From Clostridia bacterium (lineage in GTDB: Bacteria > Bacillota > Clostridia > UMGS1840), in NCBI GenBank assembly GCA_045541975.1, contig JAZQKB010000015.1, forward strand, positions 27,773 to 91,772: a stretch of DNA of 64,000 nt. The letters run 5' to 3'. A program made the position numbers and the translations under genes. The number at the start of each line of letters is the position of its first letter. Positions within the stretch are counted from its first letter, which is position 1. The notes beneath the pieces were generated by a model. It saw nothing but the letters and a program-made list of their open reading frames with translations. It was not told the DNA's origin and made no database searches. Shown in pieces: positions 46,026 to 55,490 of the stretch.

Positions 46026-47558
46026 ATGGAAGAAAAGGAATTATCACAGCTTTTGCAGGTGCGTCGTGACAAGCTCTCTGAGCTTCAGGCAGAAGGAAGA
46101 GACCCTTTCCAGATTACCAAATATGACCGTACTCACACCTCAAAACAGATTACCGAAGGTTACACCACCGAAGAAAGAACCATCACCGTACGAGAAGAAG
46201 AACAGCAGATTACCGCTAAAATTTCTCCCTTAGACGGTGAAAAAGTATCCGTTGCCGGCAGAATTATGTCCAAACGCGGTATGGGAAAAGTTGGCTTCCT
46301 TCATATTGCTGATATCGACGGACAGATTCAGCTGTTCGTGAAAAAAGATATTTTAGGGGAAGAAGAATACAACCGCTTCAAAAAACTGGATACCGGTGAC
46401 ATTATCGGTGCGGTTGGTGTGGTATTTACCACGCAGACCGGTGAAATCTCCGTAAGAGCGGAAGAAATCACCCTGCTCTCCAAATCCTTACAGCCCCTTC
46501 CCGAAAAATTCCACGGTATGACCAACACCGACTTAAGATACCGTCAGCGTTATACCGATTTAATTATGAACCGTGACGTTAAAGATACCTTTATCAAGCG
46601 TTCCAAAATCATTTCCACCATCCGTAAGTACTTAGACGGACAAGGCTTTTTAGAAGTGGAAACTCCCATGCTGGTATCCAATGCAGGCGGTGCAGCAGCA
46701 CGTCCCTTCTTAACTCACTCCAATGCGCTGGGCGAAGAATTTAAGCTCCGTATTTCTTTGGAATTATACTTAAAACGTCTGATTGTTGGTGGCTTAGAAC
46801 GTGTATACGAAATCGGCAGAGTATTCCGTAACGAAGGGGTAGACACCCGCCATAATCCGGAATTTACCTTGATGGAATTATATCAGGCATATACCGATTA
46901 TCACGGCATGATGGACTTAACCGAAAACCTGTACCGCCATGTGGCACAGGAGGTGTTAGGCACCACCAAAATCGTGTATAACGGCATCGAAATGGACTTA
47001 GGTAAGCCCTTTGAAAGAATCACCATGTTAGACGCTGTGAAAAAATATTCCGGCGTAGACTTCAACGAAATCAAAACTCAGGAAGAAGCGCAGGCTGTGG
47101 CCAAAGAGCATCATGTGGAATTTGAACCCCATCACAAAAAAGGCGACATCTTAAATCTGTTCTTTGAAGAATTTGTGGAAGAACACCTGATTCAGCCTAC
47201 TTTTGTAATGGATCATCCGGTGGAAATTTCTCCCTTAACCAAAAAGAAACCCGAAAATCCCGACTATGTGGAACGCTTCGAGTTCTTTATGAACGGCTGG
47301 GAAATGGCAAATGCTTACTCCGAATTAAATGACCCCATCGACCAAAGAGAACGTTTCAAAGCGCAGGAAGAACTGCTCTCTTTGGGTGACGAAGAAGCAA
47401 ACACCACCGACGAAGACTTTATGAATGCATTAGAAATCGGTATGGCCCCCACCGGCGGTATCGGCTTCGGTATCGACCGTATGTGTATGTTATTAACCGA
47501 CTCTTTAGCAATCCGTGATGTGCTCTTGTTCCCCACCATGAAAACATTGGATAAATAA
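46026..47558 (+). CDS. lysS: Lysine--tRNA ligase (class II)
   Basis: The likely start is MEEKELSQLLQVRRDKL at 46026. Class II motifs: 'RVFRNEG', 'EFTLMELYQAY' and 'GGIGFGIDRMCMLL'. Confidence 0.95.
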   Translation: MEEKELSQLLQVRRDKLSELQAEGRDPFQITKYDRTHTSKQITEGYTTEERTITVREEEQQITAKISPLDGEKVSVAGRIMSKRGMGKVGFLHIADIDGQIQLFVKKDILGEEEYNRFKKLDTGDIIGAVGVVFTTQTGEISVRAEEITLLSKSLQPLPEKFHGMTNTDLRYRQRYTDLIMNRDVKDTFIKRSKIISTIRKYLDGQGFLEVETPMLVSNAGGAAARPFLTHSNALGEEFKLRISLELYLKRLIVGGLERVYEIGRVFRNEGVDTRHNPEFTLMELYQAYTDYHGMMDLTENLYRHVAQEVLGTTKIVYNGIEMDLGKPFERITMLDAVKKYSGVDFNEIKTQEEAQAVAKEHHVEFEPHHKKGDILNLFFEEFVEEHLIQPTFVMDHPVEISPLTKKKPENPDYVERFEFFMNGWEMANAYSELNDPIDQRERFKAQEELLSLGDEEANTTDEDFMNALEIGMAPTGGIGFGIDRMCMLLTDSLAIRDVLLFPTMKTLDK

Positions 47559-47570
47559 TATATCATAAAA

Positions 47571-47607
47571 ACTGCAATATCTGAAAATAGATATTGCAGT
47601 TTTTTTA
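47571..47607 (+). terminator. Rho-independent terminator after lysS
   Basis: ACTGCAATATC-tgaaaata-GATATTGCAGT followed by TTTTTT. Confidence 0.8.
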
Positions 47608-47616
47608 ATTTTTATA

Positions 47617-47665
47617 TTGACAAATGTAGATACATATGCTACAATCACTATAGCTACAGATGTAG
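47617..47665 (+). promoter_or_regulatory. Sigma-A promoter with two BlaI/MecI-type TACA/TGTA dyads
   Basis: TTGACA (47617..47622), 17 nt, then TACAAT (47640..47645). ATGTA-ga-TACAT (47624..47635) lies in the spacer. CTACA-ga-TGTAG (47654..47665) lies just downstream of the -10. Confidence 0.65.
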
Positions 47666-47691
47666 TTACAATATCAAAAGGAGAAAAAAGT

Positions 47692-48063
47692 ATGTCAGCA
47701 ATCAAGCATACCATTACCGATGCAGAATATGAAATCATGTGTATTTTATGGAAAACCAACGAAAAATTAACCGTGGCGGATATTATGAAGCAATTAAACC
47801 GTAACGACTGGACGGCATCCACTGTGGCAACCTTTATGGCACGACTTTTGAAAAAGGGCGTGATTTCCTGCGATAAAAAAGGCAAAACCAACTACTATTT
47901 CCCTGTGTTAAAGCAAACGGAATACGCCTGGGACGAAACTGAAAACCTGTTATCCAAAATCTACAAAGGGTCTGTCAAAAATCTGGTGGCAGCACTTTAC
48001 GAAAATAAAAAGCTGTCCGGAGAAGATGTGTCAGATTTAAAGAAAATGTTTGACTTAAAATAA
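47692..48063 (+). CDS. BlaI/MecI/CopY-family transcriptional repressor
   Basis: The likely start is MSAIKHTITDAEYEIMCILW at 47692 (AAAGGAG RBS). It is a winged-helix penicillinase-repressor type, ~123 aa. Confidence 0.8.
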   Translation: MSAIKHTITDAEYEIMCILWKTNEKLTVADIMKQLNRNDWTASTVATFMARLLKKGVISCDKKGKTNYYFPVLKQTEYAWDETENLLSKIYKGSVKNLVAALYENKKLSGEDVSDLKKMFDLK

Positions 48064-48072
48064 CGGAGAAAT

Positions 48073-48903
48073 ATGATGAGAGACTTATTTGAAACCGTGC
48101 TGATACTCAGTGCAATTGGGTTTGCCCTGACAGCTGTTTTGTTATGCTTAAAACCCATTACTGTAAAAAAATTCTCTGCCAAATGGCAGTATTACATCTG
48201 GATTGCCGTGCTCTTGACAATGGTAATTCCTACCTACAAGCTGATTCCCAAGCAACAGGTCCAACAAATCCGCAGGATTGCTCCCATAGAAGCGCCCCGT
48301 ATTTTTACGGTTCCCTACGAACCCTCCCGGGAGCTTTTAGCACCCCTTGAGCCTACTCCCACAGCGGAACCTACCGTGACGGTATCTTATGCTGCCAAAA
48401 CCGATGTGCTGGATGTGTTGTCTATAATCTGGATTGCTGGAGGAATCGTATTTTTAACGGTGGTATTGCTAAGCTACCTCCTGTATCTTTGGCAAAAACG
48501 AAAACAGGCAGTCGCCCTGGAGGATACCCCCTTATTAATCGACGTCAAAAAGGAGCTTGGAATCAGAAGACACATCCGCGTAAGAATGTCTCCAACAGTT
48601 GGCTCCCCCATGCTGGTGGGCGTGTTCTTTCCGGTCATTTACATCCCCTGCAGGGAGCTTCCGAAGGATATGATGCGTCTTGTACTTCTTCACGAACTGA
48701 CCCATTATAAAAGAAAAGATTTAATCGTCAAATGGTTTTCCCTGTTGGTCAATGCAGTGCATTGGTTTAATCCGCTTTCCTATTTGGTCTGCGCAAACCT
48801 CAGTGATGCCTGCGAACTCTCCTGTGATGGAAAAGTCACCCGTAATATGAATGAAGAAGAACAAAAACAGTATATGAAAACAATTCTTGCATTAGTAGAA
48901 TGA
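48073..48903 (+). CDS. M56-family (BlaR1-like) membrane zinc metalloprotease lacking a penicillin-binding sensor domain
   Basis: 276 aa with TM helices. The HExxH motif is 'LHELTHYKRKD'. The protein ends shortly after the protease domain. Confidence 0.75.
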   Translation: MMRDLFETVLILSAIGFALTAVLLCLKPITVKKFSAKWQYYIWIAVLLTMVIPTYKLIPKQQVQQIRRIAPIEAPRIFTVPYEPSRELLAPLEPTPTAEPTVTVSYAAKTDVLDVLSIIWIAGGIVFLTVVLLSYLLYLWQKRKQAVALEDTPLLIDVKKELGIRRHIRVRMSPTVGSPMLVGVFFPVIYIPCRELPKDMMRLVLLHELTHYKRKDLIVKWFSLLVNAVHWFNPLSYLVCANLSDACELSCDGKVTRNMNEEEQKQYMKTILALVE

Positions 48904-50351
48904 AAGGCAGGCGAAAGATTATGATGGAACGGTTATTCACCACGAAAATGAGTGCAAACAGAAAGAAATTAGAATCCCGATTTCAAAAGATACGCACAAA
49001 AAACGGAAAGCTTTCCAAATGGATTGGCTATGCACTGTTTGGAATCATTCTGCTTGCCGTAGTTAGTGTTGGGATTGTGATTGCCGTAAACCGCAGTGAA
49101 GATTACCGCATGAGCGATACCCGTTTTTCTGAGTATTTAAACCGTCCTGTAGGTGCCATTATGGCAGAAATTGATTATTTAGATCATGAAAAGCTGGTCT
49201 TTCATTATCTGGACGGATTTTTTGTGATCAATCTGCAACCAAGAGAAGTATTACATAAAATTGATTTGGGTGCTTTAAACATTGCAGGACATACGCAAGG
49301 AGACTGCTTTACGGTATTTCAGGCAGATCAAAGGGGAAATTATGTATATCTGAAAAATGAGGGCCCCCGTGATAGGATTGGCAATTATGACAACTACATC
49401 ATCAATCTGCATACCGGCGACGTGAGCCTTGGAACAATGCCTCAGGAAACCGAGCTTTTTTCAAATTTCGCCGATACTTTTACCAAAGTGGGTAATCCCT
49501 ACGGATTTTACAGCATCCGCTGTGTGACTGAGGAAACAAAAACGCATTATCTCACTGTTTTGGAAAGCGATTTTTCCTCCCTGCAACTGGTCAGTGTTGA
49601 CCATCAGGCAGAGGATAACAGTCGGTTTACCTATCTGTTCCCCAGGTTGTATGTCAGCGATGCCAACAAAAGAAATGAAGTGATAGAAAAATCGCTGTCT
49701 GACGGAGAAGAAATCACAAAAAACAGCGGTCTTGACTGGGAAGTAAATGCAGATACCGTCCGTTCCCTGATTCATAAAATCAGCGAACTGCGACAAATGC
49801 AATATCAACAAATTCCCGACGGAAACTATGTTGTTACCATCCAGAATATTGAGAAAAACGGTGAAGTGTATCAAAAGCTGTTTATCATCAACAACTACAA
49901 CACGGAGTTGATTCTTTCCGAAAAACTGACGGATGAGGATTACTACATGGGCATCATCAATATTTTAAATTCCCCCGTCAGTGATTTGTATCACAAAACC
50001 GAAGAATTTTTGGCACAGGAATTTCACAGAGTGCATGACCCCTTGTATGATATTCAGCACTTAACCATTTCCAACTGGGAAGAACACGGAAACGAAGCAA
50101 CCTTCTGGTACAAAATGACCTTTTTATACTACAATCGTGACCCCGACAAAGCAGCCTACATTCAGGAAGCGAAGCAGAGAAGTCAAAAAGAATATGAAGT
50201 GCTGTATGAGGATTATTTAGCATTAAAAGAAGGAAATTTTCAGTTTAAAATTATCGACAACGGTACTACTCTGGAGCTATATACCAATGTGGCTCCCCAA
50301 GGCACCGAGTGGGTTCCCATCACTGTTGATGACTTTGTAATGTCTGATTGA
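48900..50351 (+). CDS. Single-pass membrane protein, paralog A (short cytoplasmic N-terminus, TM helix, ~420-aa ectodomain of unknown function)
   Basis: It has an ATGA overlap with the M56 gene. The start may instead be 48921/48924 (MMERLF). The N-terminus 'FTTKMSANRKKLESRFQKIRTKNGKLSKWIG' is followed by TM 'YALFGIILLAVVSVGIVIAV'. Confidence 0.6.
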   Translation: MKGRRKIMMERLFTTKMSANRKKLESRFQKIRTKNGKLSKWIGYALFGIILLAVVSVGIVIAVNRSEDYRMSDTRFSEYLNRPVGAIMAEIDYLDHEKLVFHYLDGFFVINLQPREVLHKIDLGALNIAGHTQGDCFTVFQADQRGNYVYLKNEGPRDRIGNYDNYIINLHTGDVSLGTMPQETELFSNFADTFTKVGNPYGFYSIRCVTEETKTHYLTVLESDFSSLQLVSVDHQAEDNSRFTYLFPRLYVSDANKRNEVIEKSLSDGEEITKNSGLDWEVNADTVRSLIHKISELRQMQYQQIPDGNYVVTIQNIEKNGEVYQKLFIINNYNTELILSEKLTDEDYYMGIINILNSPVSDLYHKTEEFLAQEFHRVHDPLYDIQHLTISNWEEHGNEATFWYKMTFLYYNRDPDKAAYIQEAKQRSQKEYEVLYEDYLALKEGNFQFKIIDNGTTLELYTNVAPQGTEWVPITVDDFVMSD

Positions 50352-50361
50352 GGTGACCGCA

Positions 50362-51993
50362 ATGTTAGAAACAATATTTACCACAAAAATGAGTGCAAAC
50401 AAAAAGAAATTAGAATCCCGATTTCAAAAGATACGCACAAAAAACGGAAAGCTTTCCAAATGGATTGGTGCTGGTCTGTTTTCCGTGGTGGTTCTGGCGA
50501 TTCTTGTAATCTCCATATATCTGGCTGTTTCCTATGCCGGAAAAGGTACTCCTGCAAAGGAACTGTATGCACTAAAAAACACCTCTCTACAGGATGCCAA
50601 GTCCATTCACAACATTGTATATACCGCCGATATTACCCCCTATCAGCTTCATTCTTCGGAGGTACGAACAGACTCCTTTGAAAAGCGACTTGCCATCAAA
50701 TTTATGGTAGATGACCGCTCTGAGCATCGGGTTTCGGATGACACTGCTCTTCGGAAGCTTTCGGCAATTCTTCTGTCTCTGGTGCCGGAGGTAGATTCCG
50801 TAAGCTGTCTACTCTTTGACCGGTATTCAGAAGATCTTAACAACTGGGAAACATGCTTTTACAGTACCTATGTTTCCAAATCCGACCTACATTCCCGAAG
50901 TGAATTTGAACTATTTACCAAAGATTATCTGAACCATGCAACCAAAAGCTTACAGACCTACGAAGAATTTTACCGTAACATTGCCTTAATCAGCTCTCAG
51001 CACGAATTAAGTGCCTATGTAAAACAAATTTATTCTTTTATCGGAAACGATTATGAAATCGTGCCAAACAGCGGACTGGGTGCGGAATTTCTGGTAGACC
51101 GTGAATTTTTGGAATCCCCGGAATGTGCCGAAATCCGCCGTTTGTTTAATATGAAACCGGAGGAATACTTAGGGCACGCTCTGCAATTAAACAAACATAC
51201 CATCCGTAATTTCAAAAATAATACCAATCAAAAACACCTGGTGCTCTGTGAGAGTACCCCGCAGGAAACGCCCATCATTGCACAGAAAATTATCGAGGAG
51301 GAACAGGCAGAGGCAATTCGTTCCCTGATAGGAACCCTGATGAAAAAAACAGCCGATCTCTATCTCCCAAATGCAGAAAATCTGACCTATACGCAGGCAC
51401 TGGCGTTGCAATATCAGGTAAACCAAGGGCATTATCCCTGGCGATTAGACCCAAAGCAAGTCATTCAAAGCTTTTTATCTGCCCAGGGAGAGCCTGAGCA
51501 GAACATCCGTTTTCCGGAGCTTGAAAGTGATTCTTTGCATTATGTAAACGGTACGATTGAATTAGAAGTCTATCAACCCATTGAGAAAGGAAAACAAGGG
51601 ATCTGGATTGTGAAAAGTTATCTGAAAAAAGAACCTCCCGTTCTAAAAGATATCAATTTTTACAGCATTAACCCACAGGACAACACCTTAGGCAACGAAC
51701 TTATAAAACGGGAGGACGGTTGGTACCAATTCCCAACCGAAGCAGGAGCATTTATCAATCTAAAAGGTGGCTCCCCTGCATCTGTAACCGCCTATTTTAC
51801 CCCCACAGGAACCAATATGGAGCCATACAAAAAGCAGGTTGGCTATGCCGAACCGCCTTTCCCGCAAGTTCCCATTTCTATCAGGCTTCGGTTTACACCG
51901 GAAGACACAACAGGGCATTTACAGTTTGTGTGTAAAGGACAGGATGGCTCAACAGTGGAATCAGAATTATTCAATGTATTCATTACAAACTAA
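50362..51993 (+). CDS. Single-pass membrane protein, paralog B (same N-terminus, DUF4825-like region in the ectodomain)
   Basis: The track ORF starts at GTG 50353. ATG 50362 has a GAGGTG RBS 6 nt upstream. 'LYALKNTSLQDAKSIHNIV..ALRKLSAILLSLVPEVDSVSCLLFD' resembles DUF4825, a domain I recall as frequently linked to M56 peptidases. Confidence 0.55.
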   Translation: MLETIFTTKMSANKKKLESRFQKIRTKNGKLSKWIGAGLFSVVVLAILVISIYLAVSYAGKGTPAKELYALKNTSLQDAKSIHNIVYTADITPYQLHSSEVRTDSFEKRLAIKFMVDDRSEHRVSDDTALRKLSAILLSLVPEVDSVSCLLFDRYSEDLNNWETCFYSTYVSKSDLHSRSEFELFTKDYLNHATKSLQTYEEFYRNIALISSQHELSAYVKQIYSFIGNDYEIVPNSGLGAEFLVDREFLESPECAEIRRLFNMKPEEYLGHALQLNKHTIRNFKNNTNQKHLVLCESTPQETPIIAQKIIEEEQAEAIRSLIGTLMKKTADLYLPNAENLTYTQALALQYQVNQGHYPWRLDPKQVIQSFLSAQGEPEQNIRFPELESDSLHYVNGTIELEVYQPIEKGKQGIWIVKSYLKKEPPVLKDINFYSINPQDNTLGNELIKREDGWYQFPTEAGAFINLKGGSPASVTAYFTPTGTNMEPYKKQVGYAEPPFPQVPISIRLRFTPEDTTGHLQFVCKGQDGSTVESELFNVFITN

Positions 51994-51995
51994 GC

Positions 51996-52030
51996 ACAAA
52001 AAAGGCAACCGATGAACGGTTGCCTTTTTT
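51996..52030. terminator. Bidirectional terminator between convergent genes
   Basis: aaaaaAAAGGCAACCG-atgaa-CGGTTGCCTTTttt. Confidence 0.8.
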
Positions 52031-52031
52031 A

Positions 52032-52181
52032 TTATACCACTTGTTTTGCCATAATGATTTCCACGGCTTTGTCGGGATACTTCTCCTTTGCCTGCTTTTT
52101 TGCTTTGGCAGGAGTATCGGCATCCACAACCAGGCGGTCAATCTTGCCGTCAACCTCGACGACAATTTCATAGGATTTCAA
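52032..52181 (-). CDS. Candidate 49-aa small protein, not in the ORF track
   Basis: TTG start at 52181, with AAGGAGG (52198..52192) 10 nt upstream. Hand translation gives MKSYEIVVEVDGKIDRLVVDADTPAKAKKQAKEKYPDKAVEIIMAKQVV*. The stop TAA (52034..52032) abuts the terminator. It begins 21 nt after the stop of the 1066-aa Hint protein. Confidence 0.45.
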   Translation of the reverse strand: MKSYEIVVEVDGKIDRLVVDADTPAKAKKQAKEKYPDKAVEIIMAKQVV

Positions 52182-52202
52182 AAGGGTTACGCCTCCTTGA
52201 TG

Positions 52203-55200
52203 CTATTTTACATACAGGTCAATCAGGCTGACAATGTAATCCCAGGTGAAAATTCCTTTTTCTACGGGGATTTTTAAGTACGCGCCATTAAAGCTGATAA
52301 ACTGTTCGTAGGTTACCAGGTCTTTAAAGTCTGCGTAAGTATATAAACCGTAGGTTTCCACATCCTTTTGGAATTTTTGGGTATCGTAACGGAGCTTTTC
52401 GCCCATTTCAATCCAGTTATAGAAATCATCCGGAGGTGCAACAGTCAGCATACCTTCTGCCAGTGCATTGGCATTTCCTGCAGAGGTTAAAGAATATGCA
52501 ACGGTGGTTTCATAGGTTGTTTCGGTTGCAGTTAAGGTTACCAGGCTGTAGCCGTCGGCATCCATTTTCACAAACTGATGACCTACGTATTCTCCCATAT
52601 TGTCTACGGTTAAGTAAACATATTTGTTCAGGTCATAATCAAACACACCGTGATCACCGATGATTCTTAAGGTGGTGCCATCGGAGAAGGTTAAGTTTGC
52701 AACCGGATAGGTATCTTCTCCGTGATTTACAAGCAGTGCAAGATTGGTTTCTTCCACTTCGCCGGTGAAGAAGTTGTAGGATAGAACGGTGTCATCCATG
52801 GTAATGTCAGAAATTGCTTTTTTGCTGCCGTTTGCCAGGGTAATCAAGGTGTCGGCAGTAAAGCAGCTGCTACCACCTGTAGCCGCCGTCAGCGTACCTG
52901 CACAGAATTTGTTGTAATCATATTCATTATCCTGGTCTTCTGCTACACTCCAGGTATGGGAGAAGGACAGGCTCTTACCATTTTTATCGGTAAACACATA
53001 AGACACAGGAACCGTTCTTGCAGTGTTTCCAGTATTTACCAGACCGCTGGAGCTTGATGCCACAAAATAGAGCTTGTTGGTGCCGTTATTATCTACCACA
53101 ACGGGCATTGCATACACTTTTTTACTGGAGTGTACCTGTCCGCCGGTTACGGTTAAGGTGAAGTCTTCATTTTCGGGAGTATAGGTCCAAACGGTATTGG
53201 TGCCGTTTTGCTGACCGAGAGTGGTGGGCGTGTAATCGGAGAGCAGAATGGTCTTATACTGGCTTTCTGCTACACTCCAATAAGTGATTTCTACGCCTTC
53301 CAAGGCAGGAGCCGCACCGTGCCAGGTGCCACCCTTGGAGGATGCCACACAAAGACCAGCTTCCCAGTTAGAAGCCGCCAGAACAGGAGCATTTTTGTCG
53401 GATTCGGTGCCGCTGACATAGAAGGGATAGGTATAGGTTACGGTTTTATCAACCGCTTCCCCGTTTTCATCATAGAAGATGTTATCGGTGACATTTAACT
53501 CATACATATGAGTACCCACGGTTACGGGAATTGTCTGGGTAGTATCCACAGTTTCGCCGTTTTGGGTTACGGTGTAGGATAAGTCTTTGCCGTATTTTGT
53601 AAGAGTCAGTTTGGAGAAATCGAAGCTATAGGCACCCTTATCTAAATTTACGGTCAGACGGTTAATCCAACCGGTTTCATTAATATATTCGTGGGTTAAC
53701 ACTTTATTTTCATCAGTTTCGGAATACACCGCAGTTGCCAAAATGTTACCGTTTGCGGTGGATTCATAGGTGGGATAGGTTGCCACTTCAGGGTCAGTTC
53801 CGTTAGCATTGGTATAGGAATATACCTTCACGGAGGTCAGATCCAGATTCTGATAGGGTACACTGTCTTTATTCACACGGTTATCGTAAATTACCGGGTC
53901 ATTCAGTTTGGCGCCCATATCCTCTACCATATAGATAAAGCCCAAGTTCAGAGAATCACGGGTAATGCCGTCTTTATAAGTAATGGGATGGATATATTCT
54001 TCCTGGCTTAACACATGGTTTACCATAGACTGTGCTTCTGCCGGAACATATACCTTATATTCTTCGTTTGCCCATGCATACTGAATCAGTTTGCCTTCTA
54101 AGGTGATGGGAGTAGCATTACCTTCGGAATCTGCCACGGTAAATAAGCTAATGCCCATCAACGTCTGGGTAGTATCGTGAACAGTTGCCTGGATTGGCTC
54201 CTGAATCAAGGTAACATCCCGTAAGGTCAGGCTGTTTGCCGCATTCAGATGAATATTGGCTGCTGCACCGCCGTATACAGTGGTGTTATCTAAAACAGTA
54301 TCTCCTGCAGTGACATACAAAGCTGCACGACCACCGGAAATGTAGGAATTGGAAATGGTACAGTCACCGGTTACCATTACTGCACTTCTGATATTGTAGT
54401 AACGGGTTTTGGTGCCGTCAATCTGAGGCTCGGTGGGGTCATCGTATTTGTTGGATTCGTATAAAATGGGATAGGGGAAATTGGGTGCGATAATCCGCAC
54501 GTTATCCAGGTTTCCGTTATTTACAGTCATAAAGGCATAGCCACGGTCTAATGCTGCCTGGTCGGAGGTAGCAGTCATGGAGAAGCCGTTACCGTAAATG
54601 GTATGACCGCCGGATACCACCTGCTGACCTAAGCCCACATTATTTAATAAAACAATGTCTCGGTCAGTAGCACTCATAGCAGCGGTGGTGTTGTATGCAT
54701 CTACAACTTCTAAAAGAAGCTGGGTAGGTTTGGTATCTTCCAAATCATCAGAAATTACAAGCTTCACAATACCGGTTCCGGTAAAGGACACGGTTCTTGC
54801 GGTCCAGTCGGTGCCTTCGCTGATGGTAGCAGACACACCGGTACCGTCAATAGGCTCTGCACTAACACTTACGTTGCCGATTTCCACATTGTCTGCAGCA
54901 GCAAACAGTTTGCCAAGTGCAACGCTATTCTGATTTCCCACACGGTAAAGGTATGTATCGGTATTTTCAAATACTGTCACAAATTTTTCAGTGAGAATGG
55001 GATCGTGACTGATCGTTGCTGCCGGAATTAAGGGACAGATGGTATCAGTATCCACCCAGCAGAACACTTTGAGATAGTCGGTATCTCCCACGGTAATATC
55101 AGCGGTGGTAACGGTTAACAAATCTCCCGTCATACCGCCATGAAATGCCATGGGTTCCATTTTTAAAAGCTTTCCGCCTTCTTCATAATGTCCAACCAGA

Positions 55201-55403
55201 ACAAAAACAGTTCCTTCCCTTGGAACTTCGGCAGATGCTTTGGCGTAAACAGTGTCTACGCCTAATAAGGTGTCTGTCACCTGGTCGGTTTCGGCATTGT
55301 AAAACACGATGCCCTGGTCATTGGCACGAACGCTCAGTACCAGTGATGAAACCAGCATGGTAACAATTGCAACAGCAAGAATGAAACTCACAATTTTTTT
55401 CAA
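52203..55403 (-). CDS. Secreted beta-helix-type surface protein with a C-terminal Hint (Hedgehog/intein-like) module and conserved tail
   Basis: 1066 aa with a TTG start. Signal peptide MKKIVSFILAVAIVTMLVSSLVLSVRA. The central ~300 aa is paralogous to the giant neighbour ('YLYRVGN.N.VA...LF', 'IVLLNN.G', 'YGNGF(S/T)MT', 'LDNVRI(I/V)AP'). The C-terminus reads 'SS/CFTADTLITLANGSKKAISDI..GDHGVFD..NALAEGMLTV' followed by a 78-aa tail. Confidence 0.8.
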   Translation of the reverse strand: MKKIVSFILAVAIVTMLVSSLVLSVRANDQGIVFYNAETDQVTDTLLGVDTVYAKASAEVPREGTVFVLVGHYEEGGKLLKMEPMAFHGGMTGDLLTVTTADITVGDTDYLKVFCWVDTDTICPLIPAATISHDPILTEKFVTVFENTDTYLYRVGNQNSVALGKLFAAADNVEIGNVSVSAEPIDGTGVSATISEGTDWTARTVSFTGTGIVKLVISDDLEDTKPTQLLLEVVDAYNTTAAMSATDRDIVLLNNVGLGQQVVSGGHTIYGNGFSMTATSDQAALDRGYAFMTVNNGNLDNVRIIAPNFPYPILYESNKYDDPTEPQIDGTKTRYYNIRSAVMVTGDCTISNSYISGGRAALYVTAGDTVLDNTTVYGGAAANIHLNAANSLTLRDVTLIQEPIQATVHDTTQTLMGISLFTVADSEGNATPITLEGKLIQYAWANEEYKVYVPAEAQSMVNHVLSQEEYIHPITYKDGITRDSLNLGFIYMVEDMGAKLNDPVIYDNRVNKDSVPYQNLDLTSVKVYSYTNANGTDPEVATYPTYESTANGNILATAVYSETDENKVLTHEYINETGWINRLTVNLDKGAYSFDFSKLTLTKYGKDLSYTVTQNGETVDTTQTIPVTVGTHMYELNVTDNIFYDENGEAVDKTVTYTYPFYVSGTESDKNAPVLAASNWEAGLCVASSKGGTWHGAAPALEGVEITYWSVAESQYKTILLSDYTPTTLGQQNGTNTVWTYTPENEDFTLTVTGGQVHSSKKVYAMPVVVDNNGTNKLYFVASSSSGLVNTGNTARTVPVSYVFTDKNGKSLSFSHTWSVAEDQDNEYDYNKFCAGTLTAATGGSSCFTADTLITLANGSKKAISDITMDDTVLSYNFFTGEVEETNLALLVNHGEDTYPVANLTFSDGTTLRIIGDHGVFDYDLNKYVYLTVDNMGEYVGHQFVKMDADGYSLVTLTATETTYETTVAYSLTSAGNANALAEGMLTVAPPDDFYNWIEMGEKLRYDTQKFQKDVETYGLYTYADFKDLVTYEQFISFNGAYLKIPVEKGIFTWDYIVSLIDLYVK

Positions 55404-55490
55404 TACGGCACGTCCTTTCCAAATTTTTTTAGAAAAAATAGTTCTCTCTAATGTCAGAAAATAATCTTCTTTATACAGTCGGTCAATTCT

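Noticed and set aside
51983-52171. 62-aa minus-strand ORF from the track (MKLSSRLTARL..)
   Set aside because: It has no RBS, its composition is Arg/Trp/Lys-rich and implausible, and it reads through the terminator stem. A different frame (52032..52181) has an AAGGAGG RBS and ends before the terminator.
52206-52865. Classical polymorphic toxin (Hint + C-terminal toxin + immunity gene) interpretation
   Set aside because: The post-Hint tails of the two paralogs are homologous rather than variable, they are only ~80 aa with no obvious catalytic motif, and the giant gene has no downstream ORF before its terminator. The idea is kept only as an alternative for the 49-aa ORF.
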